A stretch of DNA of 64,000 bases from a bacterium (lineage in GTDB: Bacteria > Actinomycetota > Acidimicrobiia > Acidimicrobiales > Bin134): positions 2,693-66,692 of the forward strand of contig JAPPAP010000032.1 in the NCBI GenBank assembly GCA_026705465.1, written 5' to 3'. The translations under genes and the position numbers were made by a program. Each line of letters opens with the position of its first letter. The first letter of the stretch is position 1. Of the stretch, positions 1 through 9,009 are shown in pieces. Below the pieces are notes generated by a model, which saw only the letters and a program-made list of their open reading frames with translations, was not told the origin of the DNA and searched no databases.

Positions 1-2158
1 CATCACCCATGGCCAGCCGTTCCTCGGAGGCCTCCTTGCCCTGGAACTCGCCCGACCAGTCCACGAACCGGCCCAAGTCGGCCTCCACCGGGGTGATCTC
101 GGTGGTGAGCTCGAAGCCCATTGCCTTGTAGGCCTTCTCGATGCGCATGGTGTTCATGGCGTAGGCGCCGTAGTGGACCATGCCGAGGGGCTCCCCCGAC
201 TCCACCAAGGCGTCGTACAGCTCGGCAGTGTGCTCCTGGGAGTGGTGCAGCTCCCAGCCCAGCTCGCCCACATACGACACCCGCAGGGCCAGACACGGCA
301 CCCCGGCGACTTCGATCTCCTGGCCGGTGAGCCAGCGGAACCCGGGCGCCTCCAGCTCCGCATCGGTGAGGGGGGCCAAGATTTTACGGGACAGGGGGCC
401 CGAAACGGCCAAGATGCCCATTTCGTCGGTTCGGTCGGTGACGGTCACGTCCTCGCCGTCGGCAACATGGTGGGTCAACCAATCCCGATCGTGGAACTGC
501 CCGACGATGGCGGAGTTCAGGTAGAACCGGTCGGGAGCCAGCCGGGTGATGGTCATCTCGGTCTCGATGCCGCCCAGGGTGGTCAGGAAGTGGGTGAGCC
601 GCATCCCGCCGTCTTTGGCCGGCATCCGGTTGGCGGTCAGGCGATCGAGAAGCGCCTCGGCGTCGGCCCCGGTCACCTCGAATTTGGAGAAGGCGGTGAG
701 ATCGGCGATTCCGGCCCGCTCCCGGGTGGCCCGACACTCGGCGCCCACGATGTCGAAGGCGTTGGAGTGGCGGAAGGTGTGGGCCTCGGGCTCGCCGTAG
801 TACTGGGGGCGCTCCCAGCCGAAGATCTCCATCCACTGGGCCTGCCGGGCGTCGAGCCGGTCGTAGATGGGGTCGGTCTTCTGTGGGCGGCCGGCAAAGC
901 GCTGCTCGCCAGGGAGTCGGGTGGCGTACATCTCGTGGAATTCGTCGATGGCCTTCTCGATGGCGTAGCGGCCGGTCGGCCCGCAGTGGTCGCCGAATCG
1001 GCGAGGGTCCATCTCAGCCACGTTGATCTCGGTCTGGCCGTGCACCATCCACTGGGCCAGGTACTTGCCCGCGCCCGGACCTTGGGTAATGCCGATGGAC
1101 GCCCCCGCGCACAGCCAGTAGTTGCGCAGCCCGGGGGCCGGCCCCATGAGGTAGCCGGAGTCGGGAGTGTGGGTGATCGGTCCGCTGACCACGGTTTTTA
1201 TTCCTGCGTCAGCAAATGCGGGGATACGCTTGCCCGCTTCGATCAGCCAGGGCATGAGCTGGTCGAGGTCGGGTGGTGTCAGGTAGAAGTGCTTGTCCCA
1301 GTCGATGCCCTCCAGCCCGTAGGTTTGAGCGTTTTCCCGCTCGTAGGGGCCGACCAGCAGTGAGTCGATCTCCCGGCGGTAGTAGGCCGACGCCCGGGGG
1401 TCGCGGATCACCGGCGGGTCGAAGTCGCCCAGCTCCTTCATCTCTGCCATGGGCTCGGTGATGAGGTACTGGTGGATCACCGACACGATGGGCACATCCA
1501 GGCCCACCATGGCGCCGAGCTGGGGGGCGTAGCACCCGGCTGCGTTCACCACGTGCTCAGCAACGATGGTATGGGTCTCGCCTCCCACCTCGCAGACCAG
1601 CTCCCAGCGGTGGTCGGGGAGCTGCTTCATATCGGCGACCAGCGTGTTGCGATAGACCTCGCCGCCCAACTGCCGGGCCCCTTTGACCATGGCCTGGGTG
1701 ACGCTAGAGGGGTCGGTCCAGCCGTCGTTGGGGGTCCAGCACCCCATCAGCACGTCGGACACGTCCATGAACGGCCAGTGGTCGAGGATCTCCTTGGGCT
1801 CGATCAGGTGGTTCTCCACCCCCACCAGATCGAGCATCCCGCTCACGTAGCGGAACCAGTCCACCTGATGGCGGTCGAGGGCCAGGCGAATGGCCCCGGT
1901 GCCGTGCCAACCGCTGGCCAGTCCAGTCTCGGCTTCGATGCTGTCGTAGAGCTCGGGGGCCACCTGGTGGCACTTGGCCATGTTCAGGCTGCCGATGAAG
2001 TGGGGGATGAGGCCCGCGGCGTGCCAGGTGGAGCCCGAGCACAGCTCTCCCTTCTCCACCAGCACGGTGTCGGTCCAACCCTCGTGGGCCAGGTAGTAGA
2101 AGAGGCCCGCACCCATGGCCCCACCGCCGATGATCACAACCTGGGCTTCATCGCGCAC
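1..2158 (-). CDS. FAD-dependent oxidoreductase fused to GcvT-like aminomethyltransferase domain (dimethylglycine/sarcosine dehydrogenase family). The C-terminus is cut by the window edge.
   Basis: This ORF is absent from the track because it has no stop inside the window. My minus-strand translation from GTG at 2158 reads VRDEAQVVIIGGGAMGAGLFYYLAHEGW..ELCSGSTWHAAGLI.. and stays open to nt 1. The C-terminal half is GcvT-like (FSKFEVTGADAEALLDRL, RVSYVGELGWELHH). Plus-strand ORFs 173..1363 and 1472..3472 are antisense shadows. Confidence 0.85.
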   Translation of the reverse strand, partial: MRDEAQVVIIGGGAMGAGLFYYLAHEGWTDTVLVEKGELCSGSTWHAAGLIPHFIGSLNMAKCHQVAPELYDSIEAETGLASGWHGTGAIRLALDRHQVDWFRYVSGMLDLVGVENHLIEPKEILDHWPFMDVSDVLMGCWTPNDGWTDPSSVTQAMVKGARQLGGEVYRNTLVADMKQLPDHRWELVCEVGGETHTIVAEHVVNAAGCYAPQLGAMVGLDVPIVSVIHQYLITEPMAEMKELGDFDPPVIRDPRASAYYRREIDSLLVGPYERENAQTYGLEGIDWDKHFYLTPPDLDQLMPWLIEAGKRIPAFADAGIKTVVSGPITHTPDSGYLMGPAPGLRNYWLCAGASIGITQGPGAGKYLAQWMVHGQTEINVAEMDPRRFGDHCGPTGRYAIEKAIDEFHEMYATRLPGEQRFAGRPQKTDPIYDRLDARQAQWMEIFGWERPQYYGEPEAHTFRHSNAFDIVGAECRATRERAGIADLTAFSKFEVTGADAEALLDRLTANRMPAKDGGMRLTHFLTTLGGIETEMTITRLAPDRFYLNSAIVGQFHDRDWLTHHVADGEDVTVTDRTDEMGILAVSGPLSRKILAPLTDAELEAPGFRWLTGQEIEVAGVPCLALRVSYVGELGWELHHSQEHTAELYDALVESGEPLGMVHYGAYAMNTMRIEKAYKAMGFELTTEITPVEADLGRFVDWSGEFQGKEASEERLAMGD

Positions 2159-2176
2159 CGCTGGCCGCTCCTTGCC

Positions 2177-4618
2177 TTAGAGCCGAACCCGCTCTTTGCG
2201 GGGATCGTAAAACGAACGTATGGATGCGGTGGCGGCGATGGGCACCCCGGCCACCTCGATCTCGAAGCGCCCGGCTTCCACCCAGTCCTTGGTGACGCCG
2301 TCGGCGCATTCCACATAGCCCAGCGCCAGCGCCCGCTTCTCGGTGTAGCTCCACATCCCGCTGCTGGTGCGGCCCACCAACTGGCCATCGCAGTAGATGG
2401 GCTCATCGTGGTACAAGAGCCAGTCGGGATCCTCCAGCCGGAACTTGATGAGCCGCTTGGTGCGGGGCCCCTCCCGCTGGGCAGACAGCGCGTCGCGGCC
2501 CCGGAACCCGCCCGCCTTGTCCCAGGCCACTGCGAAACCCAACCCCGCCTCCAACGGAGTGTCCTCATCGGTGATGTCGTGGCCCCAATGGCAGTAGGCC
2601 GCCTCCATACGCAGCGTGTTCATGGCGTGGTAGCCGGCGTGGCGCAGTCCCAATGGCGACCCGGCGTCCACCACGGCGTCGTGCAGGGTCACCGCGTGCT
2701 CGTTGGGCACATAGAGCTCCCAGCCCAGCTCACCCACATAGGTCATGCGCAGCGCCAAAGCCCCCACCCCGGCGATGCTGAGATCCTGGGCAGTGCCAAA
2801 CGGAAAACCCTCGTTACCAAGATCAGCGTCGCAAAGCTGGTTCAGCACGGCTCGGGAGTTGGGCCCCATCACGCCCAGCACCGCGTAGCGGTCGGTCACG
2901 TCCTCGATCACCACGTCTCTGCCCCGAGCGGCCCGCCGCAGCCAAGCCCAGTCCCGGGTGGCGGTAGCCGCCGAGGTGACCACCCAATAGGAGTTCTCCC
3001 CCCGGCGGGTCACGGTGAGGTCGGCTTCGATCCCGCCGCAGTCGTTGAGCCACTGGGTATACACCGCCCGCCCCACTGGCACGTCCACCTCGTTGGCGCA
3101 CACCCAGTTGAGCAGGGCCATCGCATCAGGGCCCTCCACGGTGAACTTGGCGAACGAAGTCTGGTCGAACAGGCCCACCGCGTTGCGGACCGCCTCACAT
3201 TCGTCTCCGCTGGCCTCGAACCAATTCTGTGGCCCCCAGCTGTAGCGGTATTCCCGCTCTTGGCCGGGAGCGGCGTACCAGTTGGGCCGCTCCCACCCCC
3301 CGACCTCGCCGAACACCGCTCCGACTACGTCGATGCGCTCGTGCAGCGGCGACCGGCGGATGTTCCGGGCCGTCTCGTACTGACGAAACGGCCAGTGCAT
3401 GGCATACAGCAAACCCAGGCTCTCGGGGATGCGAGCATCGAGATAAGCGGGTTCGCACTGAAACCCGAATGAGCGGCGGATGTCCACCATCGACAAGTCC
3501 ATGGGCGGGTGGTCGTCGACGATCCAGTCGGCCAACACCCAGCCCACCCCGCCAGCCGACTGAATGCCCACCGAGTTGAATCCGGCGGCCACATAGCAGC
3601 GGTCCACCTCGGGTGATTCGCCCAAGTAGTACACCCCGTCGGGGGTGAAGGCCTCGGGGCCGTTGAAGAACAGCTGCAAGCCCGCTTCCCCCAGTACGGG
3701 CATGCGATGGATGGCCCGCTCGAATATCGGGCCGACGTGTTCCCAATCTTCGGGCAAGGTCTTGAACTGGAGGTCTCGGGGGATGCCGTCGAGGTTCCAG
3801 ACCTTGCCCCGGGGCTCGAAGAAGCCGGCCATCAGCTTGCCGGTCTCCTCTTTGAAGTACGTGTAGTTGGACGGGTCGCGCACCGTGGGCATATTGGGAT
3901 AGGCCCCCTCGACCGGCTCAGTGACGATATAGAAGTGCTCGCAGGCCTGCACCGGCACGCTCACCCCGGCAGTGGCGGCCAGCTGGCGGGTCCAGATTCC
4001 GGCGGCCAGCACCACGGTCTCGGCTTCTACCCGTCCGGCCTCGGTGTCCACCCCCACCGCCCGGCCGTCTTCCACCACTACTCCGGTCACCGCAGTGCCC
4101 TGGACGATGCGGGCGCCCCGGGACCGAGCCCCCTTGGCCAGCGCCATGGTGGTGTCCACCGGGGAGGTCACGCCGTCTCGGGGAATGAACAGTGCGCCCA
4201 CCAGGTCGTCGATGTTGAGCATCGGACACATCTCGAGGGCCTCGTCGAGGTCGATCGGGCGGATGTCCACCCCCACGGTACGGGCCATGGACATGCCCCG
4301 CAGAAGCTCCTCCCACCGCTCCTCATCGGCGGCCACCGAGATGGAACCCGGCGCCCGATAGCCGGTGGCCTGGCCGGTTTCGACCTCGAGTTCTTCGAAC
4401 AGCTCGGCCGAGTAGGTGGCTAGACGGGTGAGGCTGTGGCTGGACTTGAGCTGGCTCACCAGCCCTGCGGCGTGCCAGGTGGTGCCGCTGGTGAGCTGGC
4501 CCTGCTCGATGAGCAGCACATCGGTGATCCCGCGCCGGGTGAGGTGGTACGCGATGGAACAACCGACGATCCCGCCACCGACAATAACTACCTGAGCTCG
4601 GTCGCCAAGCTCAGCCAT
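2177..4618 (-). CDS. Dimethylglycine/sarcosine dehydrogenase family protein (FAD oxidoreductase + GcvT-like folate-binding domain)
   Basis: 813-aa ORF. It has an N-terminal Rossmann motif VVIVGGGIVGCS and a SGTTWHAAGLV flavinylation-type His context. The C-terminal aminomethyltransferase signature is RMTYVGELGWELYV. Confidence 0.9.
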   Translation of the reverse strand: MAELGDRAQVVIVGGGIVGCSIAYHLTRRGITDVLLIEQGQLTSGTTWHAAGLVSQLKSSHSLTRLATYSAELFEELEVETGQATGYRAPGSISVAADEERWEELLRGMSMARTVGVDIRPIDLDEALEMCPMLNIDDLVGALFIPRDGVTSPVDTTMALAKGARSRGARIVQGTAVTGVVVEDGRAVGVDTEAGRVEAETVVLAAGIWTRQLAATAGVSVPVQACEHFYIVTEPVEGAYPNMPTVRDPSNYTYFKEETGKLMAGFFEPRGKVWNLDGIPRDLQFKTLPEDWEHVGPIFERAIHRMPVLGEAGLQLFFNGPEAFTPDGVYYLGESPEVDRCYVAAGFNSVGIQSAGGVGWVLADWIVDDHPPMDLSMVDIRRSFGFQCEPAYLDARIPESLGLLYAMHWPFRQYETARNIRRSPLHERIDVVGAVFGEVGGWERPNWYAAPGQEREYRYSWGPQNWFEASGDECEAVRNAVGLFDQTSFAKFTVEGPDAMALLNWVCANEVDVPVGRAVYTQWLNDCGGIEADLTVTRRGENSYWVVTSAATATRDWAWLRRAARGRDVVIEDVTDRYAVLGVMGPNSRAVLNQLCDADLGNEGFPFGTAQDLSIAGVGALALRMTYVGELGWELYVPNEHAVTLHDAVVDAGSPLGLRHAGYHAMNTLRMEAAYCHWGHDITDEDTPLEAGLGFAVAWDKAGGFRGRDALSAQREGPRTKRLIKFRLEDPDWLLYHDEPIYCDGQLVGRTSSGMWSYTEKRALALGYVECADGVTKDWVEAGRFEIEVAGVPIAATASIRSFYDPRKERVRL

Positions 4619-4708
4619 CCCACCCCATTAGGCCGCTCCAGTGATGCGAGGTTTATGTTTGCCGTCAATTGCACCCCCTGAACCACACCTCCAGAGGCTG
4701 CTCCCGCT

Positions 4709-5647
4709 TTACATGATTGCCAGCGGATTCACCGGCGAGCCGGTGCCGTAGCGTAACACCAGCGGGGCGCACACGTATTGGAATTCCCAGCGGCCCAATT
4801 CGGCGCATTTGTCGGCCACCGCTTCGAAGTCGGCGTTGTCGATGATGGGCATGCCCATGTACGGCAACAAGATGTGGTGGACGTGCAGTGCGATGCGGAT
4901 GGGCATCGGGTTAGGGATGCCCTGATCTTCTTGGGGGGCATCCTGAAAGTCCCAGGTCAAACAGGACGCGTCGGTCTCATAGAGGAACTCGATGGCCGAG
5001 GCGTGGACCCCGGCGTTCGAGCCCATCCCCTGTGAGGTTCCGGTCTTCTCGAAGTACACGTCCATGCCGCTGCGGATGCACACCGCGTCGCCCGGCTGGG
5101 GCTCGATGCCCTGGGCGGCGGCCACATCGGCCAGCTCCCAACCGTGGACCGGCTCGCCGGGGGCTACGTAGTCGGTACCCCGGAATCGGGGAACGTCGTA
5201 CAGCACGCCCCGGGTGACAATGCCGTCGCGCCAATAGTCGATGGTGCCGGAGTGTTCGGCGGGCATAGGAGGCTTGGCGAACTCCTTGCCGTTCCAGAAC
5301 TTGCCGCCCCCATCCACCGGCAGGTGGCACAGGGCGTCGATGTGGGTTTGCACGAACCCGTGGATGAACATGCCGAAATAGTCGGCCATGGCCCCCGAGT
5401 CGCCGGCGCCCACGAAGTGGTGGGCCGGATAGGGGTTGGCCGGACCAGCATGGGTGTCGATGGGCCGGCTCATCGACACCGCCTCCCCGGTCTGCACCAG
5501 CGCGGCGGCGGCCCGTCGGGCTTCAGGCGTGATGTGGTTGAGGGTGCCCAGCTCGTCGTCGTCCCCCCAACGACCCCAGTTGCAGAACCGCTCCCGGTAG
5601 GCGGCGTACTCTTCAGCGGTCGGCGGCGTGCGATCACTCAGTCCCAT
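4709..5647 (-). CDS. Cyclase family protein (kynurenine-formamidase-like fold)
   Basis: 312-aa ORF. The N-terminus NWGRWGDDDELGTLN and the metal motif THIDALCH are typical of putative cyclase family proteins. Confidence 0.75.
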   Translation of the reverse strand: MGLSDRTPPTAEEYAAYRERFCNWGRWGDDDELGTLNHITPEARRAAAALVQTGEAVSMSRPIDTHAGPANPYPAHHFVGAGDSGAMADYFGMFIHGFVQTHIDALCHLPVDGGGKFWNGKEFAKPPMPAEHSGTIDYWRDGIVTRGVLYDVPRFRGTDYVAPGEPVHGWELADVAAAQGIEPQPGDAVCIRSGMDVYFEKTGTSQGMGSNAGVHASAIEFLYETDASCLTWDFQDAPQEDQGIPNPMPIRIALHVHHILLPYMGMPIIDNADFEAVADKCAELGRWEFQYVCAPLVLRYGTGSPVNPLAIM

Positions 5648-5666
5648 AAGGCAGTCTCTATCACGA

Positions 5667-6848
5667 ATGAACGACTACGACCCGTTCTCTGAGGCGGTGG
5701 CTACCGATCCGTTGCCCATCTACCGGGAGCTGCGGGCCGCGGGCGGGGTACACCGGCTGGAGCAGTACCACGGGTGGGCGCTACCCCGATTCGCCGAGGT
5801 GTGGGAGGTGAGCTGCGACCGGGAGTCGTTCACCATCGTGGAGGGGCCGGTGTTCTTGCGGGACCAAGTGCTCCAGCCAGCAAACACCGAATTGGGGCCA
5901 CTGCCGACTGGGCCGTTTCTGAGCTTCTCTCAGATGGACCCCCCGGCCCATACCAAGATTCGCAAGATCCTCTATCCGCCGCTGCGCCAACGGCCGGTGG
6001 CCGAGATCGAGGCCGAGCTGCGTCAGGTGGCGGCCGAACGCGTGGACGCCGGTTTGGAGCGGGGGCGGTTGGACATCGTCACCGAGCTGGCTTCGCCGGT
6101 GTCGGTAGCCGGAACCTCGCTGATCCTGGGCTTTCCCCCGGCCGACGGCGAGCTGTTAGTGGAGTACGCCAACCAGACCATGCGCTACGACGACCGCGCC
6201 CCGGCAGCTCGGGCCAAGATCCACGAGTATCTGTGCGGCTTCGTGGCCGAGCAGCGGGCCGGTGACTGCCCTGAGTTCATAGAGGCTTTACTGGGAGTGG
6301 ACTTGGCTGGCGATCCATTCGACGACCAGGAAGTCGCCATCCAGCTGTCCACCTTGTTCACCGGCGGGGTGGAGACCACCCCCAAGGTGATGGGCGGCGG
6401 CTTCATCCACTTGGCCGCTCACGATGATCAACGGGCCGCGTTGACCCAAGACCCGTCGCTTAGCGCGGGCGCCTTCGAGGAGATGCTGCGTCTGGAGGTG
6501 CCCATCCAGCACTTGGGCCGTACCGTGTGCCGCCCCACGGTGATTGGCGGCCAGGAAATGGCCCCCGGCGACCGGGTGTTTCTGCTTTATCAGTCGGCCA
6601 ACCGGGACGAGCAGGAGTTCGGCTCCAATTCAGAGGCCTTCGACCTCCATCGCCGTCCGACCCGTCAGCTCGGCTTCGGCCATGGCCTGCACTATTGCAT
6701 CGGCGCCCACCTGGCCCGCTTAGAGGGCCGGGTGATCATCGAGGAGGCTCTAGCCCGCATCCCCGACTTCGACGTGCCCGCCGACGAGGTGGTGCGTCTG
6801 CCGGGCTCGTTTCAGCAGGGCTACGCCTCGGTGCCGATCGTCTTCTAG
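5667..6848 (+). CDS. Cytochrome P450
   Basis: Shows the I-helix GGVETT, the ExxR motif (EEMLRLE) and the heme loop FGHGLHYCIGAHLA. I chose the ATG at 5667 (MNDYDPFSEAV..) rather than the track's GTG at 5628, which would overlap the divergent gene. Confidence 0.9.
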   Translation: MNDYDPFSEAVATDPLPIYRELRAAGGVHRLEQYHGWALPRFAEVWEVSCDRESFTIVEGPVFLRDQVLQPANTELGPLPTGPFLSFSQMDPPAHTKIRKILYPPLRQRPVAEIEAELRQVAAERVDAGLERGRLDIVTELASPVSVAGTSLILGFPPADGELLVEYANQTMRYDDRAPAARAKIHEYLCGFVAEQRAGDCPEFIEALLGVDLAGDPFDDQEVAIQLSTLFTGGVETTPKVMGGGFIHLAAHDDQRAALTQDPSLSAGAFEEMLRLEVPIQHLGRTVCRPTVIGGQEMAPGDRVFLLYQSANRDEQEFGSNSEAFDLHRRPTRQLGFGHGLHYCIGAHLARLEGRVIIEEALARIPDFDVPADEVVRLPGSFQQGYASVPIVF

Positions 6849-8044
6849 CTGAGGGCCACCGGGAGGCGGCTCAAGCCCCGCAAGGTGATCCGGGGCTTCC
6901 AGGGAGGGTCGTCTTCGGTCGGGGTCCAGGTTTTGAAGCGGTCGAGCAGGCCAGCCAGCACCACTTGGCCTTCGAGGCGGGCCAGCGAGGCGCCCAGGCA
7001 ATAGTGGATGCCCGAGCCAAACGACAGCAGCGGCGTTTCCTGTCGCCCGATGTCGAACCGGTCGGGATCGTCGATCACTGCGGGATCGCGGTTGGCCGCC
7101 CCCAAGAGCATCAGCACCATGCTTCCCTTGGCGATGGAGTGCCCGCCGATTTCCATGTCCTCGAAGGTGTAGCGGGCGTCCACCTGCACGGGAGGCTGAT
7201 AGCGGAGCACCTCGTCCACCGCGCCGGGCACCAGCGACCGGTCGGCCCGCAGCCGGGCCAGCTCATCGGGATGCCGGATGAGTGTGTCGACCATGTTGCC
7301 GATCAGGTTGGTGGTGGTCTCAAATCCCGCGGCATAGATCAGCGACAACGTGAGGCCGATCTCTCTCTGGGTGAGCCGATCTTCTCCGTCGCTGGCCGCG
7401 ATCAGCGCTGAGAGCAGGTCGTCACGGGGCTCGACTCGCCGCCGGTCGATCAGATCGTCGAAGTACGCCTTCACCTTGGCCCCGGAGACCTCGGCCCGCT
7501 CCTGCTCTTCGAGGCTTTGATTCGGCTCAAGGGTGCCGGCCAGGTCTGACACCAATGGCCGGAGCCAATCGCGGTCAGACCGGGGAACCCCCACCAACTC
7601 GCTGATGACATTGGCCGGCAAGGGAAAGGCCAGCTGATCCATCAGGTCTCCCCCGCCGGAGGCGGCCAGCGAATCGAGCAGCTCGGCGGTCATCTCCTCC
7701 ACCGCGGTCCGCAAGCCCTCGACCCGTCGAGGGGTGAAGGCCCGGCTGACCAGCGAGCGCAGGCGAGTGTGGTCCGGCGGGTTCAAGAACAGGAAGGTTC
7801 GCTCTTCGTTGGGAGTTCGCACCCTCTCGGCAGTGAGCGTGGGAACCTCGTCGCCGGGCTCGGCGTTGCCCATCCGGGGATCCCGCAGGGCCATCCGGCA
7901 GTCCTCGTAGCGGGTGAGCACCCAATAGTCGGCGAAGCTCAGCTTGTGGACCGGCGCCGTTTCCCGCAGCTCCCGCAGCAATGGGTAGGGATCGGCGTAC
8001 ACCTCCGGATCGGTGACGATCCGAAGCAGCAGCTCGTCGCTCAC
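6845..8044 (-). CDS. Cytochrome P450
   Basis: 399-aa ORF with the I-helix AAGFETT, the ExxR motif (DEVLRYQ) and the heme loop FGSGIHYCLGASLA. Confidence 0.9.
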   Translation of the reverse strand: MSDELLLRIVTDPEVYADPYPLLRELRETAPVHKLSFADYWVLTRYEDCRMALRDPRMGNAEPGDEVPTLTAERVRTPNEERTFLFLNPPDHTRLRSLVSRAFTPRRVEGLRTAVEEMTAELLDSLAASGGGDLMDQLAFPLPANVISELVGVPRSDRDWLRPLVSDLAGTLEPNQSLEEQERAEVSGAKVKAYFDDLIDRRRVEPRDDLLSALIAASDGEDRLTQREIGLTLSLIYAAGFETTTNLIGNMVDTLIRHPDELARLRADRSLVPGAVDEVLRYQPPVQVDARYTFEDMEIGGHSIAKGSMVLMLLGAANRDPAVIDDPDRFDIGRQETPLLSFGSGIHYCLGASLARLEGQVVLAGLLDRFKTWTPTEDDPPWKPRITLRGLSRLPVALS

Positions 8045-8958
8045 GGCCGGGGGCTGTGGACCCGGCCAAAGGTGTAGGCATCAGGCCAGCCCCGCTCGGC
8101 GAGGTTGGCCTCTTGACGGGTGATGGCCGCGGGGATGTCACCCGGTTGCCAGCCGTCGACCAGCGATTCGCCCATCAGGTCGCGCACCGGCCGGTTGAGT
8201 TCCACCAGCAGTTGCAGGCTGAAGGCGATGCGGCCGGTGAGCACATCAGGATCGCCGGTGACCAGGGCCAAGGCGGCTTCGGCCATGGTGTCCAGCGGCT
8301 CGAACATGTCCTCGTCGATCCAGCCGGCCTCAACCAGTGCCGGGGTAGCGATGGCGGCCTGGGGGGTGAGGGCGTTCACCGACACCCCCTGCCCTTCGCA
8401 CTCGCTGGCGGCCGACACGGTCAGCTTGTTGAGCGCCGCCTTGGGGGCCCCGTAGACGAAGCCGGCTTTTGAGGGTTTGCTGGTGGGGAACGGCGGTCCG
8501 GGAGGCAACTCGGCTGAGAAGGTGGTGAGGTTCAATATCGAGCCGCTCCCCCGCTCTCGCATCCCGCCGATCACGGCCTTCATCAGCTCCCACGGCGCCC
8601 ACAGATTCACTTGCAGGCTCAACTCGAGCTGCTTGGGTGTGACTTCCTCGAACGGGTGGTACCCGCCGAAGGCGGCATTGTTCACCAGGATGTCGATAGG
8701 CCCGAATGCCTCCACCGTCTTGGGCACCAGATGGGTGCGGGCGCCCGACGGATCGCTGAGGTCTGACGGGAGCACCAGGCACTCCCCGCCGAAAGACTCG
8801 ATGCGCTCCTTGGTGGTGGCCAAGCCCTGTTCATCGCGGGCGGTGATGGCCACCCGGGCCCCTTCGGCGGCCAGACGCAAAGCGATGGCCGTGCCCGTGC
8901 CTCCCTTGCTGGCCCCGGTGACCAGTGCGACCTTGCCGTCGGCGGCCCGTTCTGCCAT
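8041..8958 (-). CDS. SDR family oxidoreductase
   Basis: The internal ATG at 8958 gives MAERAADGKVALVTGASKGGTG.. It has NNAA and YGAPK motifs. Its stop overlaps the P450 start (8041..8044). The track ORF's upstream extension to 9222 is antisense to the next gene. Confidence 0.85.
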   Translation of the reverse strand: MAERAADGKVALVTGASKGGTGTAIALRLAAEGARVAITARDEQGLATTKERIESFGGECLVLPSDLSDPSGARTHLVPKTVEAFGPIDILVNNAAFGGYHPFEEVTPKQLELSLQVNLWAPWELMKAVIGGMRERGSGSILNLTTFSAELPPGPPFPTSKPSKAGFVYGAPKAALNKLTVSAASECEGQGVSVNALTPQAAIATPALVEAGWIDEDMFEPLDTMAEAALALVTGDPDVLTGRIAFSLQLLVELNRPVRDLMGESLVDGWQPGDIPAAITRQEANLAERGWPDAYTFGRVHSPRP

Positions 8959-9009
8959 AGCCTTGCCTTCCGGTGAGAAATTATCTGCGAGCCTACGACT
9001 ACTAGCGAC

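Noticed and set aside
173-3472. Long plus-strand ORFs 173..1363 (396 aa) and 1472..3472 (666 aa).
   Set aside because: They are rich in G, V, H, P, A and L and have no recognisable motifs. They lie exactly antisense to two reading frames with unmistakable DMGDH-family signatures. They are typical GC-rich shadow ORFs.
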